NCBI GenBank assembly: GCA_964562445.1 | Contig: CAZLSZ010000001.1 | Span: 10,755-74,754 of the forward strand | From: an uncultured Gammaproteobacteria bacterium | GTDB lineage: Bacteria; Patescibacteriota; Microgenomatia; Levybacterales; UBA12049 | DNA: 64,000 nucleotides | Reading direction: 5' to 3' | In this document: positions 19,431-27,159 of the stretch, piece after piece | Numbering within the stretch: the first letter of the stretch is position 1 | Layout: every line of letters starts with the position of its first letter | Program-made: the position numbers and the translations under genes | Notes under the pieces: model-generated | The model's input: the letters and a program-made list of their open reading frames with translations, nothing else | Told to the model about the DNA's origin: nothing | Databases searched by the model: none

Positions 19431-19460
19431 TCGCCAGCTGAGCTTGCTCAGAATGACATT
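19431..19460. repeat. palindromic repeat-family member (cgccagctgagcttgctcagaatgaca)
   Basis: ctgagc-tt-gctcag stem followed by aatgaca. Related to cgccagctggcgg...aatgaca at 35533-35556. Confidence 0.4.
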
Positions 19461-19462
19461 TA

Positions 19463-20428
19463 CTATTTGAGGTCGATGATGGTGATTTCTTGTCTTTCAA
19501 TTTCTTTACTTTTTGCAAACCCTTCTTTTATGGCATCGCGAAATGCCTCCATGCTTTGATATCTTTCTTCAGGTTTGAATGCCAGAGCAGTATGGACAAC
19601 TTCTTCAATCGGCTCCAGATTTTTTGCCATATTGTCTTTTAATGAATCCTCAAATAACGGTGGTTTAGCCGTTAGATGCGCCATAGCGCTTGCAGCGCGT
19701 GTTATTCTGTTATAAGGATTTCTTCCCGTAAAAAGTTCATACCCTACTACTCCCAGCGAATAAATATCTCCTTCAGGCACGCTTATTATTTCTTCTTCGC
19801 TTCCCACTCGTTCATGAGGGACATATGCAGGCGTACCGTACGGGTCGTATTCATAATATGTTTTTTCACCTTTTTTTAGCTTTACGGCCATTCCCCAGTC
19901 GATAACTTTTATATTGGGTACTCCATTTTCTTCATGAAACAAAATATTATCGGGTTTGATATCCCGATGCAGAACGCCTTGCTGATGAGCGTATTCTATA
20001 CCTGCGGCAGTTTGCGCGAGAATGTGTACTCCGCAGTGAATACTTGCGCGTCCTTCGCGTTTTAATCTTTCTTTTACAGATTTTCCGTCAGCAAACCGCA
20101 TGGCGATATACGGATATTCTGCTTCACGATCATATTCAAATAAGTGAATAATGTGGCTATGGATAAGTTTTTGATGTATGAGGGCTTCATTATCAGCCTC
20201 CTGTAGAGGGTATTCGTTTTTAAATACTTTGAGCGCGACAGTATTTCCCGTGGTGGTATCAGTTCCTTTATAGACTTCGGCTGTCCCGCCTCTGCCGATC
20301 TTTTTCCCCAGGATAAATTTTTCATTGAATGTCCTGCCCGGAATTAATTCTTTCTTTTGCATAAAAAAGGGATTATAGTAGAGATTACCCCATTTTGCAA
20401 GGGATTGAGGGGTAAATATGATTGTCAT
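19463..20428 (-). CDS. Hanks-type serine/threonine protein kinase (soluble, kinase domain only)
   Basis: GRGGTAEVYKG...ALKVF (G-loop and VAIK-like), HRDIKPDNIL (catalytic loop), DWGMA (DFG variant), GTPAYVPHE. Confidence 0.9.
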   Translation of the reverse strand: MTIIFTPQSLAKWGNLYYNPFFMQKKELIPGRTFNEKFILGKKIGRGGTAEVYKGTDTTTGNTVALKVFKNEYPLQEADNEALIHQKLIHSHIIHLFEYDREAEYPYIAMRFADGKSVKERLKREGRASIHCGVHILAQTAAGIEYAHQQGVLHRDIKPDNILFHEENGVPNIKVIDWGMAVKLKKGEKTYYEYDPYGTPAYVPHERVGSEEEIISVPEGDIYSLGVVGYELFTGRNPYNRITRAASAMAHLTAKPPLFEDSLKDNMAKNLEPIEEVVHTALAFKPEERYQSMEAFRDAIKEGFAKSKEIERQEITIIDLK

Positions 20429-20492
20429 GCTGAACTTGTTTCGTCACCCTCGCGCCTGCCTGCTTGCAGGCAGGTTCGGAATGACAGGGAAT
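20424..20492. repeat. nested palindromic intergenic repeat (gtcatgctgaacttgtttcg ... cctgcctgcttgcaggcagg ... ttcggaatgacag)
   Basis: 9-bp GC-rich inverted repeat at 20455-20474. Flanking motifs are shared with copies at 32218-32332, 35254-35346 and 37077-37196. Confidence 0.55.
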
Positions 20493-20502
20493 GTGGGGGG
20501 CT

Positions 20503-21717
20503 TTAGCGGGAGGAGTGTTTGAGTGATTCGGCGGCGATACTCACGGATATTCCCAGTGCCATACCCAGAAGGATACCGATCAGCCCTGCGGAGAATTTTC
20601 CTCCTTCTTTTAATGTCGCCAGTATTTTTTCCCGTCGCTCTTTTCCTTCAGGAGTAGAGGCATCAAATTCGGGAAGCATATCCAGGAGGGAATTAAAGTC
20701 TCCTTTGGCGACCCCTTCTATTACGTCACGCGCTTTGCCGCTATCCAAATCCCCCTCCTGCGCTCTTTTGAAGTATTCATCCATCGGATCTTCTCCTTTT
20801 TCTCGTGCTTCTTCCATCATTTTGTCCATTTGATTTACCATGCCGAGTTCTTTTTCTGCCTGTTCCAGCCGGCGTTTTGCGATCTCGTCATCGGGGAATT
20901 TGGTAAGTATATCTTTTTGTTGGGTTATTTCAGCTCTGAGTGATGCCGCTTGTTTTTCAATTCCTGCCGGACCTACTCCCAGCACATCCATCATCGCGTG
21001 AAAGTCATCTTTGTCCAGAATCGTCTTGCCGTCAATCGCCTGCAATGCTTTGTCAGCATCTTCCCGATCAGGGTGCCCTTCCGGAACGGTTTTATCGATA
21101 ATAGCTCGCATATCTCCTGCGGTGAGCATACCTTTCTCGCGTGCAATCTTTTCTATCTGCGTACTCATCTCATCGGTCATCTCCGGTGTTTCCATACTGG
21201 GATCAATCGTATCCAGATATGTCTTTACAAATTCCCGCTCCTCTCCGGTAAATCCTGCTTCTATGGCTTGTCTTTCCGACACAAGATTCATTCCCATAAG
21301 TTCACTTGGTGGGATAGTCATATCATATCTTGCAGCATCATCGCGGCCTCCTTCTCCTTGTTTGATTACTTTGCATGTGTAATTCCCTTTATCATCGATC
21401 CCTGTTATCTGGTCGACGTAAACATCATACGTCTCTCCTGTGGTACTGTCTTCATAGGTTGTTGCCAGCGGATTACCTTTGTCAGTGCCTTCTGTCGTAG
21501 GGAATGCAAGGGGGCCATTGGCAAAGTATTCTTGTTTGGGTTCATAAAGCTGTTTTGAACCTCGTATCTTGGTTCCTGATTCGTCATTCTCTTGAGATTT
21601 TTTGTTAAAGACACTACTTGCTACCAGTCCTATTTCTTTTGATCGGCGAGCTTGCTGCTCGGGAGATACTTCGCTTTCTGTTCGGGGTGGTGCTGTCTGC
21701 TCTGCTGCTTCTGTCAT
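20503..21717 (-). CDS. hypothetical acidic protein with C-terminal transmembrane anchor (tail-anchored), co-directional upstream of the STK
   Basis: 404 aa, D/E-rich, with coiled-coil-like middle. C-terminus GGKFSAGLIGILLGMALGISVSIAAESL is hydrophobic. No recognisable catalytic motif. Confidence 0.6.
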   Translation of the reverse strand: MTEAAEQTAPPRTESEVSPEQQARRSKEIGLVASSVFNKKSQENDESGTKIRGSKQLYEPKQEYFANGPLAFPTTEGTDKGNPLATTYEDSTTGETYDVYVDQITGIDDKGNYTCKVIKQGEGGRDDAARYDMTIPPSELMGMNLVSERQAIEAGFTGEEREFVKTYLDTIDPSMETPEMTDEMSTQIEKIAREKGMLTAGDMRAIIDKTVPEGHPDREDADKALQAIDGKTILDKDDFHAMMDVLGVGPAGIEKQAASLRAEITQQKDILTKFPDDEIAKRRLEQAEKELGMVNQMDKMMEEAREKGEDPMDEYFKRAQEGDLDSGKARDVIEGVAKGDFNSLLDMLPEFDASTPEGKERREKILATLKEGGKFSAGLIGILLGMALGISVSIAAESLKHSSR

Positions 21718-21761
21718 ATTCTTAATATAGTTGAATAATCCCTATAAATCAACTAACATGA

Positions 21762-24356
21762 ATGTATATGGCTAATATAGAGCAGATTTTGCCTGTAGTA
21801 AAAGAAAAGGCGAAAGATACAGGAAAACAAGGCGCGGCTAAAGTAAAACACTTTTTCGGTCGGGGAAATAATGTGTCTCCTCAAGAACAACCTCAAAAGC
21901 CGGCATATGCCACTCCGGAATTTAAGAAAAATTTTTTTGTAGATAGGGGCGTGACAACGGAAGCTGCGGTAAAAGGCAGAAGGAGAGAAACCAACGAACG
22001 ATCAGAATGGGTACAATTTTCTGAAAAGACGAGAGAAGGGTTTACGACGTTTTTGGATAATTATGCCACAAATCTCCATGATATCATGCAGCAGCCTGGT
22101 GGCGCGGATATTCTCAAGTCACAAGAGCATAGTAAACATATCTATAAGCTTCTTTCAGAAGGAGTGTCATTTGATGGGACCAAGCAGGATGATACCAAAC
22201 TCAAGGAGAATATCAAAAAAATGCTTGATAAACCATCCGGCTGGGTGCTTACCAAAGAACTTATGGAACAAGAAACAGCCCTCGGTCTTATGGCTTTGGG
22301 GTTGGTAACAAGCGAGGATATGGGGAAAAGTGGTAAGTTGAGAGCAGTAGGAGAATATCTCGGGCTTGTTGATAAAAAAACTGATTTTAATAATGACCCT
22401 GGCTCAGTTATGCATCGTAATATAGGCAAAGGTACCGGAGGGAGTATAGGTGCAGTAGTCGGTGGTGGTGTTGGAAATATATTATCACGTGGGAATGCTG
22501 ATTTCTGGTTCAATATTGGGGATACTATGGCAAATATCCCTCATGGAAGTGTTGCGATGTCAACATATATTGGTGCAGGGGTTGGGGCGGTCTTAGGAAG
22601 TAGTTTGGCAGAGGGACGGAGGAATAAGCAAGATGCAGGGATGAGAGGGGAGTTTGCTTCTCATGAAAGTGCTGTTCTTCCCGGCGAATTGAAAGATTAT
22701 CTGAAAAAAGTTTGGAAAGTAGATGTTGATGGTTTGAAGAGTAGCGAGGCTGATGTGCGGGATGTTATGGGGACGTTGGCAAAGAATCTTAAAACGCGGG
22801 AATCGTATTTTGATGATCTTGGAATACCCAAAGATGTGCGGGATATGTCTCCGGAGAGTAAATTAATTGGAGGACGTTCTGTTGCACGGAGTGGGGAGAA
22901 GATTACACAAAAAATAATGGCAGTTTATAAAGAGAAAGGTGGAAGCACTCCGGAACAATATATGGAGGCGAGAAAGGCAGTGCTAGGAAAAATAACACAG
23001 GAGATGATTGAAGGAATAGAAAGTAAACCAAAGGAACGCCCGCTAGCAACTATTGATCAGAAAATAAAAGACAGACAGGAAGGCGGAAAATTATATGAGT
23101 TAAAGAAAAATAGTGCTGCAACAATAGAATCTATTTCAGAAGCGGGTAAGAATATATCCTCTGTAACAGAGGAAATGGCAACTTTTCAAAATGTTAAAGA
23201 TCTAACTGCTCAAAAAAAACAACTCGAAGACGATTTAAATAATTTATATACTCATATAACACCTCAAGATAGGAAAGATGAAATACAAAAAGAGCTATTT
23301 GGTACAGGAGGACTTCAGGAGAAAAAGCGTGATACTGCCGATAAAAGAGCCGAAGCAATTGATGCAATTCGTAATAGACATCCTATAAAAGATGGGGAAA
23401 CGGCTGCTGATTATTGGAAAAAAGTTGGTCCTTCAATTGACGCGACTGAGGAAATTTATAATGAACAAATTAAGGAAGTGGAAGAAAAAATAAATAAGTT
23501 ACTTCAAGAGAAAGCACAAATTAATGAGTTTGAAGAACGAATAAAGGATATCGGAGATCAGCTCAAAGGATATTCTAATCTTATAGCAAGTTATCAGAGT
23601 GATCTTACGTCAATACAGCCGCTTTTTAGTCCTGGTGTGTTAGAAGATAGGACAATAGATCCAGCTACGCATTTGAAAACGATTAATAGTAAAGCTTCCA
23701 CGGGCGGATGGACAAAAGATGAAAATGACGAAAATAGATTGAGGCTTTTGAAAGCAATTGCAGTAGCAAGAGCAAGTTCGTCAGGAACTATTGACAATAA
23801 TTTGCTCGAAATAGAAATGAGTACACTATTATCGCAAGAAAAGAAGAAGAAAGCTGGTTTAGAACAGAGGTTAGGAACAGTAAATTATGAAAAGGAGATT
23901 AATGATCTTACCATAACAAAAACACTTATTTCTCCAGAAACACAAGCAAAGGTATTTGGGAAGGCAGGAGAAATTTCAAAACAAATAGATAAATATGTTG
24001 ATAAAGATATTGTAGACCCGAAAGATACTATATCAAAAACAGAAAAAGCCCTAAAGGGAGAGAAAGGATATTATGAAATATTAGATTTACTTTTTGAATA
24101 TAGAAAACGACCGGATAGAGAAGAATATTTTTCTCAAATAAGCAAAGTGGTTACTCAAGATGAGGTACTTAAAGCACTGCAAGAGCTAGCTGAACTAGCA
24201 GATATAGATTTAAGTACATTATCTAACCCTAATAAGTTGGCAGATGTTATGGACCAGATAAAAGCAAATAAAGGAAAAGTTACAAGTAAACATATTAGAG
24301 GTATGTTTATTCGCTTAATGGATAATAGTCAAAATCGAGCCTTGGCGATGAGCTAA
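21762..24356 (+). CDS. large hypothetical protein (864 aa): glycine-zipper segment plus long coiled-coil region
   Basis: GKGTGGSIGAVVGGGVGNILSRG...YIGAGVGAVLGSSLAEG (GxxxG-rich). The remainder is K/E-rich heptad-like sequence. Start could be ATG 21768. Confidence 0.6.
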   Translation: MYMANIEQILPVVKEKAKDTGKQGAAKVKHFFGRGNNVSPQEQPQKPAYATPEFKKNFFVDRGVTTEAAVKGRRRETNERSEWVQFSEKTREGFTTFLDNYATNLHDIMQQPGGADILKSQEHSKHIYKLLSEGVSFDGTKQDDTKLKENIKKMLDKPSGWVLTKELMEQETALGLMALGLVTSEDMGKSGKLRAVGEYLGLVDKKTDFNNDPGSVMHRNIGKGTGGSIGAVVGGGVGNILSRGNADFWFNIGDTMANIPHGSVAMSTYIGAGVGAVLGSSLAEGRRNKQDAGMRGEFASHESAVLPGELKDYLKKVWKVDVDGLKSSEADVRDVMGTLAKNLKTRESYFDDLGIPKDVRDMSPESKLIGGRSVARSGEKITQKIMAVYKEKGGSTPEQYMEARKAVLGKITQEMIEGIESKPKERPLATIDQKIKDRQEGGKLYELKKNSAATIESISEAGKNISSVTEEMATFQNVKDLTAQKKQLEDDLNNLYTHITPQDRKDEIQKELFGTGGLQEKKRDTADKRAEAIDAIRNRHPIKDGETAADYWKKVGPSIDATEEIYNEQIKEVEEKINKLLQEKAQINEFEERIKDIGDQLKGYSNLIASYQSDLTSIQPLFSPGVLEDRTIDPATHLKTINSKASTGGWTKDENDENRLRLLKAIAVARASSSGTIDNNLLEIEMSTLLSQEKKKKAGLEQRLGTVNYEKEINDLTITKTLISPETQAKVFGKAGEISKQIDKYVDKDIVDPKDTISKTEKALKGEKGYYEILDLLFEYRKRPDREEYFSQISKVVTQDEVLKALQELAELADIDLSTLSNPNKLADVMDQIKANKGKVTSKHIRGMFIRLMDNSQNRALAMS

Positions 24357-24377
24357 GATTATCGCTACAATAAAAGT

Positions 24378-24722
24378 ATGAATACAGCAAAGGATGTAAT
24401 CAAATTATTACCGTTTAGCGAAACGTTCAAGAACGAACTGCTCGCTAAGTACGACCTGATGGATGAGGATCAGCAGGTGGCTGTACTGCGGGCGGTGTGG
24501 GATCTGTATGATGCCCTTTATGAAGTCACGCTTGATGAAAATCTCAAAGCGGCTGAACAGCGTGCGCTCAAGGACGAAGAAAAACTCGACGAAGACTTCT
24601 ATATGCGGGTACGCAAACAAACTGATCAGGACTTCCAAAAGTTTGTCAGTGAGTCCTCAGCAAACAGTGATCTTTCCACAGCACGGGAAGAATTACAGAA
24701 GATTCTTACACAATCCTCATAA
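24378..24722 (+). CDS. hypothetical small acidic protein (114 aa)
   Basis: ORF with strong coding character. No known motif. Confidence 0.5.
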   Translation: MNTAKDVIKLLPFSETFKNELLAKYDLMDEDQQVAVLRAVWDLYDALYEVTLDENLKAAEQRALKDEEKLDEDFYMRVRKQTDQDFQKFVSESSANSDLSTAREELQKILTQSS

Positions 24723-24733
24723 ACCCCATAGTA

Positions 24734-24762
24734 TTGACTTTTTGCCTTCTTTTTACTATACT
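24734..24762 (+). promoter_or_regulatory. sigma70-like promoter TTGACT-17-TATACT, 13 nt upstream of the LysM-protein ATG
   Basis: -35 at 24734-39, -10 at 24757-62, ATG at 24776. No SD. Confidence 0.45.
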
Positions 24763-24775
24763 CTGAATCGTTTTT

Positions 24776-26947
24776 ATGGTAGAGAAAATATCATTATCAG
24801 AAATAGCTCGCAAGAAAATACGCCGTAGTGCAGCCACAGTTGGCGCGGCAGGTGTTGTCGCGATTCCGATGGCTGCAGTTCCTTCTGCAGCTCATGCCGA
24901 ATCCCCTGCAAATGGTTCCCCTGCGCATGTTCAGGTCGTCAAGGATGTCCGGACCGGAGGAGTAGATTTCGATGCCAAGAGAATACACCTTACCGGTGTT
25001 AAGCCTTCATATTGTGTCATCCCGGAGCCTCGGCAGGAGCCTGAAAAGCCTGAGAAAATAGATGAAAAATTATTTGATGTATATACCGTAAAAAAAGGTG
25101 ATACCCTTTCTGAAATTGCAGCGGACTCTCTCAAACAAAAAGAAGGACAGCAATTTGACTGGAAAAAAACACAAGAGGATTTTATGCTTACCGCCGCAGC
25201 ATCCGGTATCGCAAATCCGGATCTTATTTATCCCGGACAAAAGATACACATCCCGGGTAAAGAACTCCGACAGACAGTGCGTGATGCTCAGCAAGGGAAT
25301 GGGAAGAAAGAAGTAGTGGATACTGTAAAGGCGCTTACACAGGAGATCACGCATCGTGGATACCACAAGGCGGACAATGAAGCTCTGAATGTGCTTACCG
25401 CAGTTTCGGAAATCCAACAGCAAAATCCCCCGAAAGAGCCCACAGGATTAGCTGCCGATAAGAGTTTATTGGAAATAGCGACTGAATTAAATATTGCTCC
25501 CATTAATATTTCTACTCCTTTTCGATCGGATGTTGTTGAATCTCAAACGAAAATCGCTCTTGCCAATCAATGTATCGTAGGGACAGAAGCAAAATCACAA
25601 ACCACTATACGTGAACAATTGACAAGAAAAGGTGACACCAAATCAGATACTTATCTACGCGCGCGCATGGCAGAGGCAGCAACTAGCTATGATATCTCTA
25701 AGTATAATCATAACTCTAGGGATATACAGATGCAAAAAGGGGAGAAGTTCAATAAACTGTCCGGCGGTGTAGAATCAGTGTTGCAAGGAATTTCCTCCAT
25801 GAGTTTGCGGGATATGATGGATCTGAAATCATTGCGGGATCAGAAAAAGTTTCCAGATGATGTGTATACAGAGGTGGCTACATTATGGGCAGTAGCCGCG
25901 AGTAAAGATATTGGAATGATACTTAGTGAGAATGATCATCATACATTACGTAATGCAGCATATGGGCATCTCGTCGAAGCCTTGAGTCGTAATGATCGCC
26001 GTCAAGAACCTGATGATACCAAGAAACTCATTACTCTGCTCAATAAGGCAAAAACCCCCGAAGAGCGCGCTCAATTGATGCTTGATCATCCGAATGCGCT
26101 CAAACACTTCTTCCGTGATGATGCGCAAGGAGCAGTTCCACCTCTCAATCCTCCTGCGGTTGATATCTCACCGAAAGATCCCCCTAAAGATGAAGGGAAT
26201 GCCTTATTAGCTTATGGGAAAGAGCATGCTGGGTGGATTGCAGGAGCATTGGGGCTCCTTGCGCTAGGAGCGGTAGGTGTTAAAAAGAGAAAGGAAATAA
26301 AAGAAAAATTAATGCATAAAAAATATAAAGATGAGAAAGTGCAAGAAAGCTTAGCTTTGCGTAAAGCTGAGAAAAAGCACCTTACGGATGATGAAATTAG
26401 GGAGCAAATAAGATTAATTTATCCAAAAACAATGACGTGGAAGCAAGAAAGTAAACTAAGATTAAATACTAATAAAGGAAGACTGGATGTCCTTCCGAAT
26501 GAAACAAGTGTGGGGATGGATGAAGCTTCATTTAGAAAGTTTTTGGAATTTGTAAAGGAAAATCCTGATTCGGTTTATTGTAAAGCAGCACTCGACGAAT
26601 ATGAATCGCATAAAAAGGCTGGTACTGAAGATAAATATGCGTTTGTTGCAAGCGCGAGAACACGTCTTGCTACGAATCTGGAAGATGTGAAGTTAAGCAT
26701 AGAGGATAGAGATGTAACCAAGAGACCTCTTGGATATGTAAGCTTTGAGTGGAGACTTGTCGAAGTTATTGATCCAGCATCATTACCACCTCAACCACCT
26801 GCTCCTAAACGAAAGCCACGCAGAACACCTACTAGTCCGGAACCACAAGGTGGTACAACTCCGCCCGTTACTCCTGAACCGCAGGGTGGAGCTACACCAC
26901 CTGCACAGCCTGAGCCCAAGGGGGGGACGAAACCTCCTGAAAAGTAA
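24776..26947 (+). CDS. LysM domain-containing membrane/secreted protein (723 aa) with Pro-rich C-terminal tail
   Basis: N-terminal signal-like RRSAATVGAAGVVAIPMAAVPSAAHA. LysM: YTVKKGDTLSEIAADSL...IYPGQKIHIP. TM helix GWIAGALGLLALGAVGV then KKRKE. Tail PEPQGGTTPPVTPEPQGGATPPAQPEPKGG. Confidence 0.7.
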   Translation: MVEKISLSEIARKKIRRSAATVGAAGVVAIPMAAVPSAAHAESPANGSPAHVQVVKDVRTGGVDFDAKRIHLTGVKPSYCVIPEPRQEPEKPEKIDEKLFDVYTVKKGDTLSEIAADSLKQKEGQQFDWKKTQEDFMLTAAASGIANPDLIYPGQKIHIPGKELRQTVRDAQQGNGKKEVVDTVKALTQEITHRGYHKADNEALNVLTAVSEIQQQNPPKEPTGLAADKSLLEIATELNIAPINISTPFRSDVVESQTKIALANQCIVGTEAKSQTTIREQLTRKGDTKSDTYLRARMAEAATSYDISKYNHNSRDIQMQKGEKFNKLSGGVESVLQGISSMSLRDMMDLKSLRDQKKFPDDVYTEVATLWAVAASKDIGMILSENDHHTLRNAAYGHLVEALSRNDRRQEPDDTKKLITLLNKAKTPEERAQLMLDHPNALKHFFRDDAQGAVPPLNPPAVDISPKDPPKDEGNALLAYGKEHAGWIAGALGLLALGAVGVKKRKEIKEKLMHKKYKDEKVQESLALRKAEKKHLTDDEIREQIRLIYPKTMTWKQESKLRLNTNKGRLDVLPNETSVGMDEASFRKFLEFVKENPDSVYCKAALDEYESHKKAGTEDKYAFVASARTRLATNLEDVKLSIEDRDVTKRPLGYVSFEWRLVEVIDPASLPPQPPAPKRKPRRTPTSPEPQGGTTPPVTPEPQGGATPPAQPEPKGGTKPPEK

Positions 26948-27159
26948 AAACAGATCCTACAGATCCTGCCTCTATCCCATCAGTAGGAGGTGGACAGGAA
27001 GATGGAAATAATCGAACGCTAATAATATCGCAGAATGTTAATTTTATCAACATTCCTTTCGGTACATATCCTTCTTTACCCTATCCCCAACAAAAGGAAG
27101 ATAGTAAGGGAGGAGAAAAAGTTCCTCATCAGGTTTCCGGAGTTGCAGTATCCGTCGAT

